Origin: an uncultured Chthonomonadaceae bacterium
Lineage (GTDB): Bacteria > Armatimonadota > Chthonomonadetes > Chthonomonadales > Chthonomonadaceae
Direction: 5' to 3'
NCBI GenBank assembly: GCA_963835065.1
Contig: CAWIEK010000037.1
Span: 187,946 to 251,945, forward strand
Length of the DNA: 64,000 bases
In this document: one piece after another, positions 1-10,466 of the stretch
How positions within the stretch are numbered: the stretch's first letter is position 1
Layout: each line of letters begins with the position of its first letter
Translations under genes and position numbers: made by a program
Notes under the pieces: model-generated
Told to the model about the DNA's origin: nothing
Seen by the model: only the letters and a program-made list of their open reading frames with translations
Database searches by the model: none

Positions 1-49
1 GGCGCAATCACCGCCTCCTTCAGCGCAGTCTTCTTTGCTGTACAGAGGG

Positions 50-293
50 GAAGAAAAGAAGAAAAGAAGAAAAGGAGAAGAGGAGAGGGAAGATAGAAAC
101 CGCGAAACATACGAAATAAACGAAAAAAGAACAAAGGAAAATAGACAGGATTAACAACAAGAACAGATTGGCTTTCGATGTTCCTATCCGTGTTCATCCG
201 TTTTGTCCGTGTCATCCGTGGTTTGTTCTTTTGGATTTTCCTTTTTCGTCTTGGTTCGTGTATTTCGCGGTTTCCCTCTCCTCTTCTCCTTTT
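50..293. repeat. Nested inverted-repeat composite of short repeats
   Basis: aaaaggagaagaggagagggaa (~70-91) pairs with ttccctctcctcttctcctttt (~271-293). Inside, aaaccgcgaaacatacgaa pairs with ttcgtgtatttcgcggttt. The centre has atccgtgttcatccgt-type nonamers. Confidence 0.8.
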
Positions 294-299
294 CTCCCT

Positions 300-1700
300 C
301 TATCCCATTGACTCGCTTTCCGACTGGTTGACGCGGGGCGCGTGGAGGGTGAAGAGGGCGAGGAGGAAGGAGCCTATGAGCGCAATGCCGCACATCAGGA
401 ACGGCAGGCTGTGGGCGGGCAGGTGCAGGGGACCGAGCCTGACCATGCCGAGCGGGTACAGCCACGCGCTGAAGGAACTGCCGGTAATCGCGCCCACGCC
501 CTGCGCGGTGGCGACTGCGCCCACAACCGCGCCGCGCTGATTGGAGCCGCTTTGCTCCGTGACAAGCGCCATCCACGCGGGAAAGGCGAGAGAAAACCCA
601 GTTCCAATCAGGGTTCCCAGGAGGATAAGAGTCAGGTGGGAGGGAAACAGCAGCAGCAGCCAATATGCGGCCATGCACATCCCGATGCCGGTTTTGACGG
701 CCAGTGCTTTGCCGATTTTATCGCCGATTTTGCCCATCGGGACGGAAAGCGCGCCTATAAGCAGGGCGGGCAGAACGAGCGTATTGCCGTAACTTTGCTC
801 GGTCATGTGGAAGGGGCCATCACGCTCTAAGGCAAAAGTCTTGATGTACAGCATGATGAAGCCGATGCCCAGGAAAGTAACAAATGTCATCAGCAGCGTC
901 ATGGGAATTCGCTTCAGCATCGCCTTCAACTCGTCAAGATGGATGGACTCGCCGCTTCCGTGTCCCTCGCCGCTTGTCGGCTGGAGTTTGGGCACGAAAA
1001 TGATGGCGGCAATCGTGGTCAGCCCGAACAGAATGGCCGCGAGGTAGAACGACGCTTCTTTAGAATGGGCAGGCGACATGTGCATGGAAGTTCGCGCCCA
1101 ATGGTTGACATTGCCGCCGAGAGACGGGCCGACAGCGATTCCGAAGATATACGCGACGTTGAACAGGCTCATGGCGGTGGCGCGGCGCTCTTCGGGAACG
1201 TGGTCGCCAATCAGACTGAACACGGCAGGCCACAACGCCGCCGCGCCTACCCCGTCCAGAACGCGCAGGCAGACGAGGGCATACGGGTTATGCACAAGCG
1301 GCGTCAGCAGGGCGGTAAACGTGGACAGTATCGGGCCGGCCAAAATCAGGGGCTTGCGCCCGATGCGGTCGCCCAACGCGCCCATCGGCCCTTTCAACGC
1401 GCCTTCAGTCAGCAAAAACGACGTGCCGATGATGCCGATCCAGCGAGCGGGCAAATGCGCGGTATCTTTGATAAACACCGGCATCGCCGACAAATTGACA
1501 AGCGCATACGCCAGTTCCGCCGACGCCGACACAAACATAATAGCAATCAGCAACGCCATGACGCTGTGTTTCCAATGCGCTGCGGCAGGTGAAGCGATAG
1601 GTTTCGAGGCGGAAGCAGAAGTTTCGTCCACAGGGGTAAGCGGCAGTGTTTCTGCGTCTATTTCCGCTTCTGTCGGCGACGAAGATGAGGGCTTATTCAC
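300..1700 (-). CDS. MFS transporter
   Basis: About 12 hydrophobic segments; MFS motif A-like GALGDRIGRK and GKIGDKIGK. Confidence 0.93.
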   Translation of the reverse strand: MNKPSSSSPTEAEIDAETLPLTPVDETSASASKPIASPAAAHWKHSVMALLIAIMFVSASAELAYALVNLSAMPVFIKDTAHLPARWIGIIGTSFLLTEGALKGPMGALGDRIGRKPLILAGPILSTFTALLTPLVHNPYALVCLRVLDGVGAAALWPAVFSLIGDHVPEERRATAMSLFNVAYIFGIAVGPSLGGNVNHWARTSMHMSPAHSKEASFYLAAILFGLTTIAAIIFVPKLQPTSGEGHGSGESIHLDELKAMLKRIPMTLLMTFVTFLGIGFIMLYIKTFALERDGPFHMTEQSYGNTLVLPALLIGALSVPMGKIGDKIGKALAVKTGIGMCMAAYWLLLLFPSHLTLILLGTLIGTGFSLAFPAWMALVTEQSGSNQRGAVVGAVATAQGVGAITGSSFSAWLYPLGMVRLGPLHLPAHSLPFLMCGIALIGSFLLALFTLHAPRVNQSESESMG

Positions 1701-1928
1701 AGATATTCCTTAAACCACAACGCCTGGCTCCTTGTTTAGCCCGCGCTTGAACTCGTGGTCGAATCATTAGTCTGAACTTTCACAAGGCGATAGTGCGGAA
1801 CGACAGCGCCGTCAATATCCGGCATCGTCAGGATTTCATACGCGATTTAAGTAAAGATTGCAGCAAGCCTGACGGCCTAATAAACCAAGCCAATCGCTTT
1901 GAAAAGCCGCGAGAACTCCATACACGGC

Positions 1929-1961
1929 AAACTGCGCCGCCTACATCCACAGACGGCGCAG
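1929..1961 (-). terminator. Probable intrinsic terminator after the oxidoreductase gene
   Basis: ctgcgccg/cggcgcag stem followed by TTT on the minus strand. Confidence 0.5.
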
Positions 1962-1992
1962 CAAGAGCCTGCGTTTCACCAACCACCAATTA

Positions 1993-3090
1993 CTAATCTA
2001 TCGTGACTTCGCGCTTTTCGTCTGCCGACTTGTAAATGGCGTCCATGATTTTGGCGACCATCAGGCCGTGTTCGCCGCTTACGAGCGGCGGCTTGTTGTC
2101 GCGGACGCACTCGACAAACGCTTTCATTTCCGCGTAATGCGTGTTGATATTGTTGCCGCCGGGGATTTTGGGCGAATAGCTGAACACGCTGCGATGCCGC
2201 TCCTGCGTGATGCTGAACGGGTACGCTTCCGCGCCGCCTTCGGAGCCGAGCAGCGTGACGTTCTGCACTTCGTCCTTGATGTTGGCGACGAAACTGGATT
2301 CCAGCACGATGGTTGCGCCGTTGTCGAAACGGATCAAGGCGGCGGCCATGTCTTCAACGGTGAAGTTCTTGTAATCCCACTGCCCCATAAAGCCTACCAC
2401 ATCGTCGCGCTTGCCGAACTGCTGGTACGTGACGCCGCTGGCCGCAACCGGTTTCGGATGTCCCATGAACCACAGCGTCAGGTCGAGCATGTGAACGCCG
2501 ATGTCAATCAATGGCCCGCCGCCCTGCTTGCTTTTGTCAATGAACACGCCCCAACCGGGAATGCCGCGCACCCGCAACGCCTGCGCGCGGGCATAATAAA
2601 TGTCGCCCAATTCGCCCGCGTCAATGAAGCGTTTCAGCGCCATGTTGGATGGCAGAAAGCGGCTGTTATAGCCGACCTGGAGGATTTTGCCGTTCTTTTT
2701 GGCGGTTTCCACCATTGCAGCGCCCTGCTGCGCGTTCATGGCAATCGGCTTTTCGCACAGCACATGCTTGCCCGCATTGAGCGAATCAATAGTCGGCTGG
2801 TAATGCGCGTAGTTGGGAGTGCAGACCGAAATAGCGTCAATCTCCGGCATTTCCAGCATTTGCTTATAGTCCTCAAACTTATGCTGAACCTGCGGGTATT
2901 TCGCGCTTGTCTTTTCCAGCGCGGCGGGGTCAATGTCGCACATCGCAAAAATTTCGCAGTCGTCCGGGATTTGCGAGTAGCCGGGCAGGTGCGCGCCATT
3001 GGCAATGCCGCCCGTGCCGATCACGCCAATGCGGACTTTCTTTTTGGGCGAGGCGGCAGTCGTTGTAGAAGTCGAGGTTGTGTTTGTCAA
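1993..3090 (-). CDS. Gfo/Idh/MocA family oxidoreductase
   Basis: Rossmann motif IGVIGTGGIA, HVLCEKP, GGGPLIDIGVH. Confidence 0.95.
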   Translation of the reverse strand: MTNTTSTSTTTAASPKKKVRIGVIGTGGIANGAHLPGYSQIPDDCEIFAMCDIDPAALEKTSAKYPQVQHKFEDYKQMLEMPEIDAISVCTPNYAHYQPTIDSLNAGKHVLCEKPIAMNAQQGAAMVETAKKNGKILQVGYNSRFLPSNMALKRFIDAGELGDIYYARAQALRVRGIPGWGVFIDKSKQGGGPLIDIGVHMLDLTLWFMGHPKPVAASGVTYQQFGKRDDVVGFMGQWDYKNFTVEDMAAALIRFDNGATIVLESSFVANIKDEVQNVTLLGSEGGAEAYPFSITQERHRSVFSYSPKIPGGNNINTHYAEMKAFVECVRDNKPPLVSGEHGLMVAKIMDAIYKSADEKREVTID

Positions 3091-3339
3091 GATGCCTGTT
3101 CCTTTCCTCTGTGTAGGAATTGTTCAATGGAGCGCTAATTCGCCGCGAACAGTGAAAATTCCTGCGAGTATTTTGAGGTTTTGCGGTTGCCGTAGTTTTT
3201 ATTGTTTGCGGCATTTGGAAGAGGTGACAGGAAAACGCATGTCAACCGGCGAATAGTACCAAAACGAATGGCATTTCCTCTGCGTATTGAACATTGACGG
3301 CGCGTAGATACTTGCGGCAGGAACTGTAGAAGCCTTTGA

Positions 3340-3942
3340 ATGGCCGGGCAAGACTCTGATGAAACACCGCAAAACCAACCCCAACCGAATAATATGCTGG
3401 TTCCTGCGGATGGGATTGCAAGCATCTATCCTCAGAACTTTAACGCGCCAAGCCCGAACTACGCGGCGTACATCGCTTTAAGAAGCAAGCTGTTGGAGGT
3501 TATACGCAAAGACACGACAGCCAGAAACAGAATTGTGGACGACATTGTAGACAGTCTGGTAGAAAATGATAGGAGTTTGCCAACGGGCTTACTGGCAGGC
3601 GTTCAGTACGTACTCACTCTCGGCAAATCCGTACGCGACAAGCGCAAAAAAACGGAAGGCTTCCGAAAAGCGGTTGTTGCTTTGCTGGAACAGGTATTTG
3701 ATCCGGTTTTAGAGTTCAAGATGACGAAAAAGGATATACTGGACGCTCTGGAAGCCAATGGCGTTGAGCGCGACAAAGTATCACCTCAGCAGATCAGTCA
3801 AGTTTATGTAAAAGTTCTTAGCAAGCTACGTTCGGGCGAACTGCGCGATCTGATTACGGAAGAACAACTGTTGCGGTACGTCAACCTCAAGATCGAGGAA
3901 ATAACCTACAGCCGAATGCAATGGGAACTTAACGAGCGATGA
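3340..3942 (+). CDS. Hypothetical protein, coupled to the downstream ParA-like gene
   Basis: 200-aa ORF in an AT-richer patch; ATGA overlap with the next gene; no motif recognised. Confidence 0.75.
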   Translation: MAGQDSDETPQNQPQPNNMLVPADGIASIYPQNFNAPSPNYAAYIALRSKLLEVIRKDTTARNRIVDDIVDSLVENDRSLPTGLLAGVQYVLTLGKSVRDKRKKTEGFRKAVVALLEQVFDPVLEFKMTKKDILDALEANGVERDKVSPQQISQVYVKVLSKLRSGELRDLITEEQLLRYVNLKIEEITYSRMQWELNER

Positions 3943-5195
3943 GTGAAACCAAACCAAGAGTCATAGCGTTTCTGAGCGGCAAAGGCGGTTCCGGCAAGAC
4001 AACCGCCGCCATTGCTATCGCCAAACTGCTCGCGGATATGGGATTTAAAACCCTGCTGATTGACTTTGATCTGGCAACCAACGGTGCTTCCTATTTCTTC
4101 AAATCGCAATTTCCACGCACTAGTAAGGGTATTTGGGAGTATCTAGCAGCCGAAGATGAACCGTTCAACTTGATTGTGGAGTTACCCATCCAAGTTGCGG
4201 ATAATCTTTTGTTTGTAGCCTCACGCACGAATCTAAATAAGAAGGGTTTGTCTTATGACACGGTGATGTATGACAATGAGTGGCTGCAAAAGCATGTTCT
4301 CAAACCACTCTATGATTATGCAATTGCCGAGAACATCGTTTATGTCCTGATAGATTGCCAAGCCGGGTACGCCATTTCATCTGCAGCGGCTGCGGAAGTA
4401 TCGGAAAGAGCAATTGTTGTCACTGAAGCGGATGCTATTTCCAGTGACGCTGCCGAAAATCTGCTTATCCAAATGGGGCAGAGTTTACCAGATGAACGAC
4501 GTTATCTTGTCAACAAAATTGATGTGCGTGACGCAGAAACGTACCGCAACATGCGGCATGTTTTTCAGGCTATGAACCGTCTGCCGCCACTGCCATTCGA
4601 CTTTAATGTACGCAATGCCTTCGGTGCGCGTCAAATTCCTGTTGACATCAACAAACCGTCGCCCTTGCTGTTTGCACTGTTCGAGACATTAAGGTATGCC
4701 TTTCCTGAAATTAACGACGTGCTGGATACCTACAAAGAAAAGCACATAAAAGGTTTGTTCTCAGACTATGATAGTAAGTTGCAGGATTTGCTCAACAGAA
4801 AAGAGGAATACGAACGGGAACGCCTGATATTAGGAAGGCAGAGCGAAATCAGTGGCTATACTAACAAAGCGCTATATTTAAAATTTATGACGGGAGCGAT
4901 AGCAGCTAGTGCTGCGGCAGGATTATACATAAATTTTCAAAACACCAAAACGTCTTATTTCATAGGCATCTGTTTTGCTGGAATTATTCTGTGGGTGGTC
5001 GGTGTTGTCTGGTCAGCCCTCAGGATGATGCCTAGCAATCGTGACAACGATAATTATGCAGGCGAGATTTCGCACAAAATAGACAGTATTAATGAGGAAC
5101 TTGCCCAAATCAGGTCTTTGCTCTGGACTCGATCCAAAGAGTATTTGATTGAGGCGGAGTTATCAAAACCACGCGAACTTGTCAGCACGAAGTAG
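3939..5195 (+). CDS. ParA/MinD-family ATPase with C-terminal coiled coil and two predicted TM helices
   Basis: Deviant Walker A SGKGGSGKTT, LLIDFD, Walker B LIDCQAG, LVNK. Hydrophobic segments FMTGAIAASAAAGLYI and YFIGICFAGIILWVVGVVWSAL. Confidence 0.88.
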   Translation: MSETKPRVIAFLSGKGGSGKTTAAIAIAKLLADMGFKTLLIDFDLATNGASYFFKSQFPRTSKGIWEYLAAEDEPFNLIVELPIQVADNLLFVASRTNLNKKGLSYDTVMYDNEWLQKHVLKPLYDYAIAENIVYVLIDCQAGYAISSAAAAEVSERAIVVTEADAISSDAAENLLIQMGQSLPDERRYLVNKIDVRDAETYRNMRHVFQAMNRLPPLPFDFNVRNAFGARQIPVDINKPSPLLFALFETLRYAFPEINDVLDTYKEKHIKGLFSDYDSKLQDLLNRKEEYERERLILGRQSEISGYTNKALYLKFMTGAIAASAAAGLYINFQNTKTSYFIGICFAGIILWVVGVVWSALRMMPSNRDNDNYAGEISHKIDSINEELAQIRSLLWTRSKEYLIEAELSKPRELVSTK

Positions 5196-5222
5196 TTTGC
5201 TTCATTAATTCTGTTCAAGGTG

Positions 5223-5260
5223 AGTTAGGCATTGGGGCTTGGCCCAATGCCTAACTTTTT
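5223..5260 (+). terminator. Intrinsic terminator
   Basis: 14-bp stem agttaggcattggg/cccaatgcctaact followed by a T run. Confidence 0.8.
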
Positions 5261-5330
5261 CATAAGCGAGTCCAGCGTTGTATTTTGGATTTTGGAATGT
5301 GGCCTGACCATTTACCGTCATACACTAATG

Positions 5331-5381
5331 TTACGGCGTTTGAAAAAAATCATCAATCGTTGCCTGCACTGTGGCTGTCAT
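5331..5381 (-). pseudogene. Short ORF MTATVQATIDDFFQTP*, possibly the 5' stump of a Uma2-type gene
   Basis: Strong SD gaggaggc upstream; the N-terminus resembles Uma2-family starts; stops after 16 codons. Confidence 0.35.
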
Positions 5382-5466
5382 TCCTGCGCCTCCTCAATCT
5401 ACCAAACCGCGCCCACTTCAAACATCATGTCCTGAATACCGAACACCGAATACCTGAACACCGGCC

Positions 5467-5961
5467 CTATCGGTAGTTGGAAAACTCTACGTCGAAGGGC
5501 AGGTCTTCCTGAGAGCGGATGAGTTTTTGGACAGCTTGCAGCGCGTCCTTGTCCTTGCCGGTGATGCGCAGTTGTTCGCCCTGTATCTGCGCGTTCACTT
5601 TGATGCCCGCGTCCTTGATGAGCTTGACCAGCTTTTTGGCTTCATCGGTGGGGATACCCTGCCGTAGCGTGATGGTCTGCCGCGCCGTGCCCCGCGAACC
5701 CGCTTCAATCTTGCCGTATTCCAATGCTTTCAGCGAAATGTTGCGCTTCGCCATTTTACCGCGCAAGATTTCGATGAGCGTGGTCAGATGAAACTCATCA
5801 TCCGATAGCAGTTTCACCGAATTATCTTCCAATTCCAGCGTACTTTTCGTTTCGCGGAAGTCGTAGCGCGACGCGATTTCCTTTTCCGTCTGGTCAATCG
5901 CGTTTTTCACTTCCGTCAAATCCACTTTGGAGGTTACGTCGAACGAGAACTCGGTTGCCAT
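5467..5961 (-). CDS. yajQ: YajQ family nucleotide/c-di-GMP-binding protein
   Basis: SFDVTSKVD, RYDF, QIQGEQLRITGKDKDALQ, C-terminal FSNYR. Confidence 0.95.
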   Translation of the reverse strand: MATEFSFDVTSKVDLTEVKNAIDQTEKEIASRYDFRETKSTLELEDNSVKLLSDDEFHLTTLIEILRGKMAKRNISLKALEYGKIEAGSRGTARQTITLRQGIPTDEAKKLVKLIKDAGIKVNAQIQGEQLRITGKDKDALQAVQKLIRSQEDLPFDVEFSNYR

Positions 5962-5979
5962 GTTTCACTCCTTTCAAAA

Positions 5980-6108
5980 CAGGGTTCTAGGGTTCTAGGG
6001 TTTTAGGTGTTCAGGAGTGAGAAGAACCTTTCTAAGTGAACATCCTATCAAACACCATGTAAGAGCATCACTCACCTAAAACCATAGAACCCTAAAAACC
6101 TAAAACCC
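5980..6108. repeat. Inverted short tandem repeats (agggttct/aggttttt vs cctaaaa)
   Basis: agggttctagggttctagggttttagg ... cctaaaaccatagaaccctaaaaacctaaaaccc. Confidence 0.75.
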
Positions 6109-7028
6109 TACTCTCCTAATTGTTCTTTACAGGTGCGCAATAGCCCGTCTACGGCCAGTTTCAGCGAGGTGAGCGCGTCTTGGACATGCCGCAGTTCAGG
6201 ATGCGGCAGGCGCGACAGTTCCAAGCCGGACAGGGACGGCAGAAAGTCCATGATGCGCTGCGCCTGCGGGGCAATGCGAACCGGGACGTCACTCAGGTTC
6301 ATTCCATCAACGGCATTGGCAAGCGGGTCGCCGGCGTCCTGAAAAAACTTGACGAGATGATCGGAAGGACTGTCTAAAATCTCTTTGGATTTTTCCGGGT
6401 GCTTTTTCAGCGCCTTGACCAGATTGCCCGTATCATCGCTGTTGAGTTTCTGGTCACGGATTTTCTCTACGACAGCCGTTTGCAGTTCCGGCTCCTCGTT
6501 CAGCTGCTTCAAAAACCGGGCGTGTTTTTCCGTCAGTTGTCCATCCGAAGGCCGGTTGGGACTGGAAATAACCGCTTCCCCGATGTTTTCCGGCAGGGCG
6601 AGCAGGTCCAGCAAATAGCCGACGGTTCGCTCCGAAAGCGCCAGCCGTTTGGCGATTTCGCGGTTGGTTAAGTTCAGCGTACCCTTAACGTGCTGAATAG
6701 CCCGGCCTTTTTCCAGCGGCTGCAAGTCTTCGCGCTGCAAATTCTCAATAAGCTGCTCGGTCAGCCGCTCATCGGGATTGATAGTCTTGTCTTTGATAAC
6801 GCACGGCACGGCTTTCAGGTTCGCCATACGCGCCGCCCGCCAGCGCCGTTCGCCTGTGACGATCTTAAACTTGCCCGTGTCCTGAAGCGGCGTCACGGTA
6901 ATCGGGTTCAACATGCCATGCTGCCGTATGCTGTCGGCCAGTCCCTGCAAGCTTTCTTCGCTGTGATGCTTGCGCGGCTGATCCGGGTCTTCCACAATCT
7001 GCGCGGTCTCAATCTGCTTAATTTCCAC
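6108..7028 (-). CDS. ParB/RepB/Spo0J family protein
   Basis: PDQPRK, LADSIRQHGMLNPITV, GERRWRAA, ENLQREDL, plus HTH NREIAKRLALSERTV. Confidence 0.93.
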   Translation of the reverse strand: MEIKQIETAQIVEDPDQPRKHHSEESLQGLADSIRQHGMLNPITVTPLQDTGKFKIVTGERRWRAARMANLKAVPCVIKDKTINPDERLTEQLIENLQREDLQPLEKGRAIQHVKGTLNLTNREIAKRLALSERTVGYLLDLLALPENIGEAVISSPNRPSDGQLTEKHARFLKQLNEEPELQTAVVEKIRDQKLNSDDTGNLVKALKKHPEKSKEILDSPSDHLVKFFQDAGDPLANAVDGMNLSDVPVRIAPQAQRIMDFLPSLSGLELSRLPHPELRHVQDALTSLKLAVDGLLRTCKEQLGE

Positions 7029-7159
7029 AAAAACCTCCGGGGTAGGGGTCAGGATTCAGGATTCAGGGGTCAGGAAAGGCTTCCTGTTTTCGACGAGCAA
7101 ACTATCGAATACAAGGGCATATTTCCCTGACCCCTGAACACTTGTCTATACTGTGTGAG

Positions 7160-7188
7160 ATTATAGCACTCAGGGAGGGGCATGTCAA
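7160..7188 (-). promoter_or_regulatory. Sigma70 promoter of the ParB-family gene
   Basis: Perfect TTGACA-N17-TATAAT on the minus strand. Confidence 0.85.
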
Positions 7189-7244
7189 CGCCGCGCCGCG
7201 CGAATGTGGCGCAGCGGGCAAGAATGAGCGGAAAATGGGAGGCG

Positions 7245-8483
7245 TCAGGGCAGGGGCGTTGCTTTGCTTTGCGCGGTGGCAACATCCGTAACCACGAGGG
7301 TACGTTTGCCGTTTTCGTTGCGCAGGGAGGCCAGCATTTTGCCGTCCGGCGAGAAAGCAGGGATGTAAGCGGGAAAGGTGAAGTCGGTCTGCTGTGTGGC
7401 GGAGGCCGAAACGGGAAGCGTTTGTACGCTGTTTGCGCCCATTCCCTTGCCGATGAACCGGACATTCTGCCCCGCAATGTCGCTGATCCACAGCGCGGAA
7501 CCGTTCTTGCCCGCCTGCGGCCCACCTGTGGTAACAAAAGCGAACTGAGCCATATCCGGCGTGAAGATAATGGAAGTGACGGCATCAGGATACAGGTGTG
7601 GATTGGGATTGACGGCCTTGACAACATCGGGAAACGGCAGTTTGCGGATGGTACGGGTATCAATGGTCATTTCGTACACGGAAAGCAGAATGTAGCGCGT
7701 GTTCGGGCTGCGGCGTATCCAGCGCACGGTTGCGCCATCAAGGGAAACCGCAAAGCCCAACACGTCGCCCGTACTCGTCAGGCGTACCACTTCGCCCTGA
7801 TCCAGCAGATACAAATCGAATTTGCCGTTATCCCCGCCCGCTACGATGGCATTGGTTGTGTTTGTAAGCCAGCCGAGCGGGTTGTACGCAGAAGGCACGG
7901 AATGAAACGGCAGACTGATAGCAGGCAGGAAACTGCCGCCGTTGCGATAACGGATCAAGGCTTGCAGGCTGCCTGTTTCGGTTTTGTGGACGCTTGCAAA
8001 CAGTGAAGAATCGCGCGACCAGGCGACGGGAGCAAGGGTGTTGTCGTTGAGCGATTTCCGCTGCTGTTTTATCGTGTCGTAGAAAGTGAGCGTCTGTCCA
8101 TCCGCAAGGTAGGCAATAGTTTTGCTGTCGGGCGTCCAGGAGGGCGCGAAAGCCGCGTTGACGCCGGGAAGCGCGACGATTGGCATGGCGGCAGAAGTGA
8201 GCGAAGGCGTAGAAGAAACTTTTGTCGCAGGCAGGGCAGGCGCGGAGGCTCCGGCGCTTTGCGCATCCGCCACCACTAGGGAAGCGCCGGGAACGGCTAT
8301 CTGCTTTCCATCCGGCGACCAGGTTTGCGCAAGGGCCGGTGAAAGCAGAAGGCCAAAAATCATCGTAGCAAAGTACGCCCCTAAACGTTTGCGAAGTATG
8401 GGAGCGCATAAGCTAAAGTTCGCGCGGAAGCTATGCCTGCCTGTTGTATGTGCCATATCAGATTTCCGTTGGCGCGCGGCCAC
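7245..8483 (-). CDS. Secreted TolB-like/PD40 beta-propeller protein
   Basis: Signal-like segment ending PALAQ; repeated WSPDGK, WTPDSK and FSPDGK motifs. Start codon uncertain. Confidence 0.8.
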   Translation of the reverse strand: MAARQRKSDMAHTTGRHSFRANFSLCAPILRKRLGAYFATMIFGLLLSPALAQTWSPDGKQIAVPGASLVVADAQSAGASAPALPATKVSSTPSLTSAAMPIVALPGVNAAFAPSWTPDSKTIAYLADGQTLTFYDTIKQQRKSLNDNTLAPVAWSRDSSLFASVHKTETGSLQALIRYRNGGSFLPAISLPFHSVPSAYNPLGWLTNTTNAIVAGGDNGKFDLYLLDQGEVVRLTSTGDVLGFAVSLDGATVRWIRRSPNTRYILLSVYEMTIDTRTIRKLPFPDVVKAVNPNPHLYPDAVTSIIFTPDMAQFAFVTTGGPQAGKNGSALWISDIAGQNVRFIGKGMGANSVQTLPVSASATQQTDFTFPAYIPAFSPDGKMLASLRNENGKRTLVVTDVATAQSKATPLP

Positions 8484-8526
8484 GTTCTTACACGACTATG
8501 CGGCCAAAATAGAAGCAAAAACAATT

Positions 8527-9262
8527 CTATGGAGACTGCCTGCCCTCTCGCAAAGCAGCCAGTTCCGCGCGCAATCTCGCATTTTCCGCTTCCGCGCTTT
8601 CTGCCCGTTGCGCTTCTTGTTGAGCGCGTTGCGCTTCTTGTTGAGCGCGCCGCTCGTGACTCCAGTGGGGTTGGCAGCATGATGCCGCGAATGGGATCAA
8701 ACAAGCGCAGGGTATTGCCCTCCTGCACCAGATCAAGGCCGAGCTGTTCGCTGCGCATCCGGCTTTCTGTGAGCGGAATGTTCTCGTACCGGCCTTCTAC
8801 CAGCCGATAGCCCTGAAAGCGCGGGCGCAGATAGTCGCCGGTTGGGTCGAAAAGAAAGTATTCGGACACGCGCAAGACGCTCTCATACAGGGGGCGCTTG
8901 ACAGCTATATCCTCGCGCCGGGTTTTGCGGGAGGTGAATTCGAAAACAACATCCGGCAAATGCCCGCCTTCGCGCCAACTCATAAATGAGTCGCGCTCCC
9001 GTTGGGCTACGCCAAAGACCACGTAGCAATCGGGAGAGATGCGCTTTTTGGGATCGCCTTCCTGATAAAACACGAAATTGTTGCCGGACACATATACGTC
9101 CGGCTGATCGGCATAACGTAACGTCAGAGCGTTGATAAAATCAAACATCAAATTGCGGTGCTTGTCGGTTTCCGCCATCGGTTTGCCATCTCTGGTTGGG
9201 TAGAAATCGTCATCGGAACAACGACGCTTGCGGGAGCGCGTGGGTGAAACTGTCATTGTCAT
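8527..9262 (-). CDS. Uma2 family endonuclease (frameshift near 8660)
   Basis: YPTRDGKPMAET, ISPDCYVVFG, PDVVFEFTS, EYFLFDP. The typical coiled-coil tail ERRAQQEAQRA...ARLRAELAAL is in the 8527..8736 frame. Confidence 0.88.
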
Positions 9263-9449
9263 GAGGGAATCTCCTCGGTATTATCCTGCCGAACCAGCCG
9301 TCTATGGGCGGGTCCGAATGCCGCATAAAGCCTGCTGAACGAGCCGCGCGTACTCACATTTTTACGCGGCTCTTCTCGCCGCACACCGCATGAGAACAAA
9401 GCCCCCGCGCCTATTGCTGGCTTGGAGGCTTTGCCGGCGAGAACCAACG

Positions 9450-10115
9450 TTACGAAGCGGCAGGCTCCGTGGATTCGTTGGGAAGGGCGGGGCTGGCCTG
9501 CGGGCCGTCCGTGGACGCATGGGGGCCTTCCACGCTTGTCGGAGCGGGAGCTTCGTCCTCAACATGGTGAACCGTCAGTGAAGCGATCACCGTATCGGCG
9601 GAAGTCAGGATTTCATACTTGTCCTGCGGCGGAAGGTCGGAAACGCGCAGGGTATCGGTTCCTATCATGTTGGAAACGTCAACCGTGATGTGATCCGGCA
9701 GGTCGCCCGGCTGGCAGCGAATTTCCAACTGCTCAATGGAATGCTGCAAAAGGGCGGTTTGCAGGCGAACGGGTTCGGGTTCACCGTGAAACACGAGCGG
9801 GATGTGAACTTTCACGCTGTCGCCGAGTTGGACGCCCTGAAACGTCACTTGCAGCAGTTTTTTAGTCACGCGGTCGCGCTGTATCTCACTGATTAGCGCC
9901 TGATGCCGAACGCCGCCCTCGACAATCAATTCCAGCATGGCGGCTTCGCCATGCGCGCGAATAAAATCATCCAGCGGCTTGGTTTCGGTCTGCAAATGCA
10001 GGGTTTTGTTGCCCCGGTGCTGTATGGAAACGGGGACGCTCCCCTCGCGGCGAAGCTGTTTCACTTGCCCCTTGGTACTCGCCTGTATCGGGCGAACGGT
10101 AAACTGTTGCGGCAT
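9450..10115 (-). CDS. rplY: 50S ribosomal protein L25/Ctc
   Basis: LRREGSVP, EIQRDRVTKKLLQVTF, VHIPLVFHGE, LPDHITVDVS. Confidence 0.9.
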   Translation of the reverse strand: MPQQFTVRPIQASTKGQVKQLRREGSVPVSIQHRGNKTLHLQTETKPLDDFIRAHGEAAMLELIVEGGVRHQALISEIQRDRVTKKLLQVTFQGVQLGDSVKVHIPLVFHGEPEPVRLQTALLQHSIEQLEIRCQPGDLPDHITVDVSNMIGTDTLRVSDLPPQDKYEILTSADTVIASLTVHHVEDEAPAPTSVEGPHASTDGPQASPALPNESTEPAAS

Positions 10116-10256
10116 ATTCTTGCCTCCTTATCATCTATGAATCAAATTGTATACGCTGTTTCTACGTATCGGAGGCGGATTCGTCAGCAAGCGCGCAAAT
10201 GGCGCGTGGAAGCGCTCTGCCCTTCAATGTGCGGACAGGAAAAAAGCCGGCGCGAT

Positions 10257-10466
10257 CTATAGCGGCAATTCAAGGTCTTGCAGCGTTTTCGCTGCCAGCA
10301 TCCGCCTGCCGATCTGCATCAGTTCCGCTTCCGGCAAAGACGCCAACAATCGCGAAACTTCCGGCGGCAACGGCGCAAATTGTTGCTCCATCATCGTCAG
10401 CAGAAACTGCCGAATACCTTCCTGCCGGCCTTTCTCCTCATAATACTGCGCGCCTGTCATTGCCAT
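10257..10466 (-). CDS. Orphan Rpn/DUF4351-type C-terminal module (69 aa); upstream Rpn remnant to ~10600
   Basis: MAMTGAQYYEEKGRQEGIRQFLLTMMEQQFAPLP...; SD aggaggaggt at 10474-10483; no nuclease domain upstream. Confidence 0.7.
   Translation of the reverse strand: MAMTGAQYYEEKGRQEGIRQFLLTMMEQQFAPLPPEVSRLLASLPEAELMQIGRRMLAAKTLQDLELPL

Noticed and set aside
1701..1928. Riboswitch in the MFS leader
   Set aside because: No recognisable aptamer consensus.
3939..7028. Canonical parAB partition operon
   Set aside because: The genes are convergent, separated by yajQ and differ in composition; the ParA-like protein has TM helices; no parS palindrome seen.
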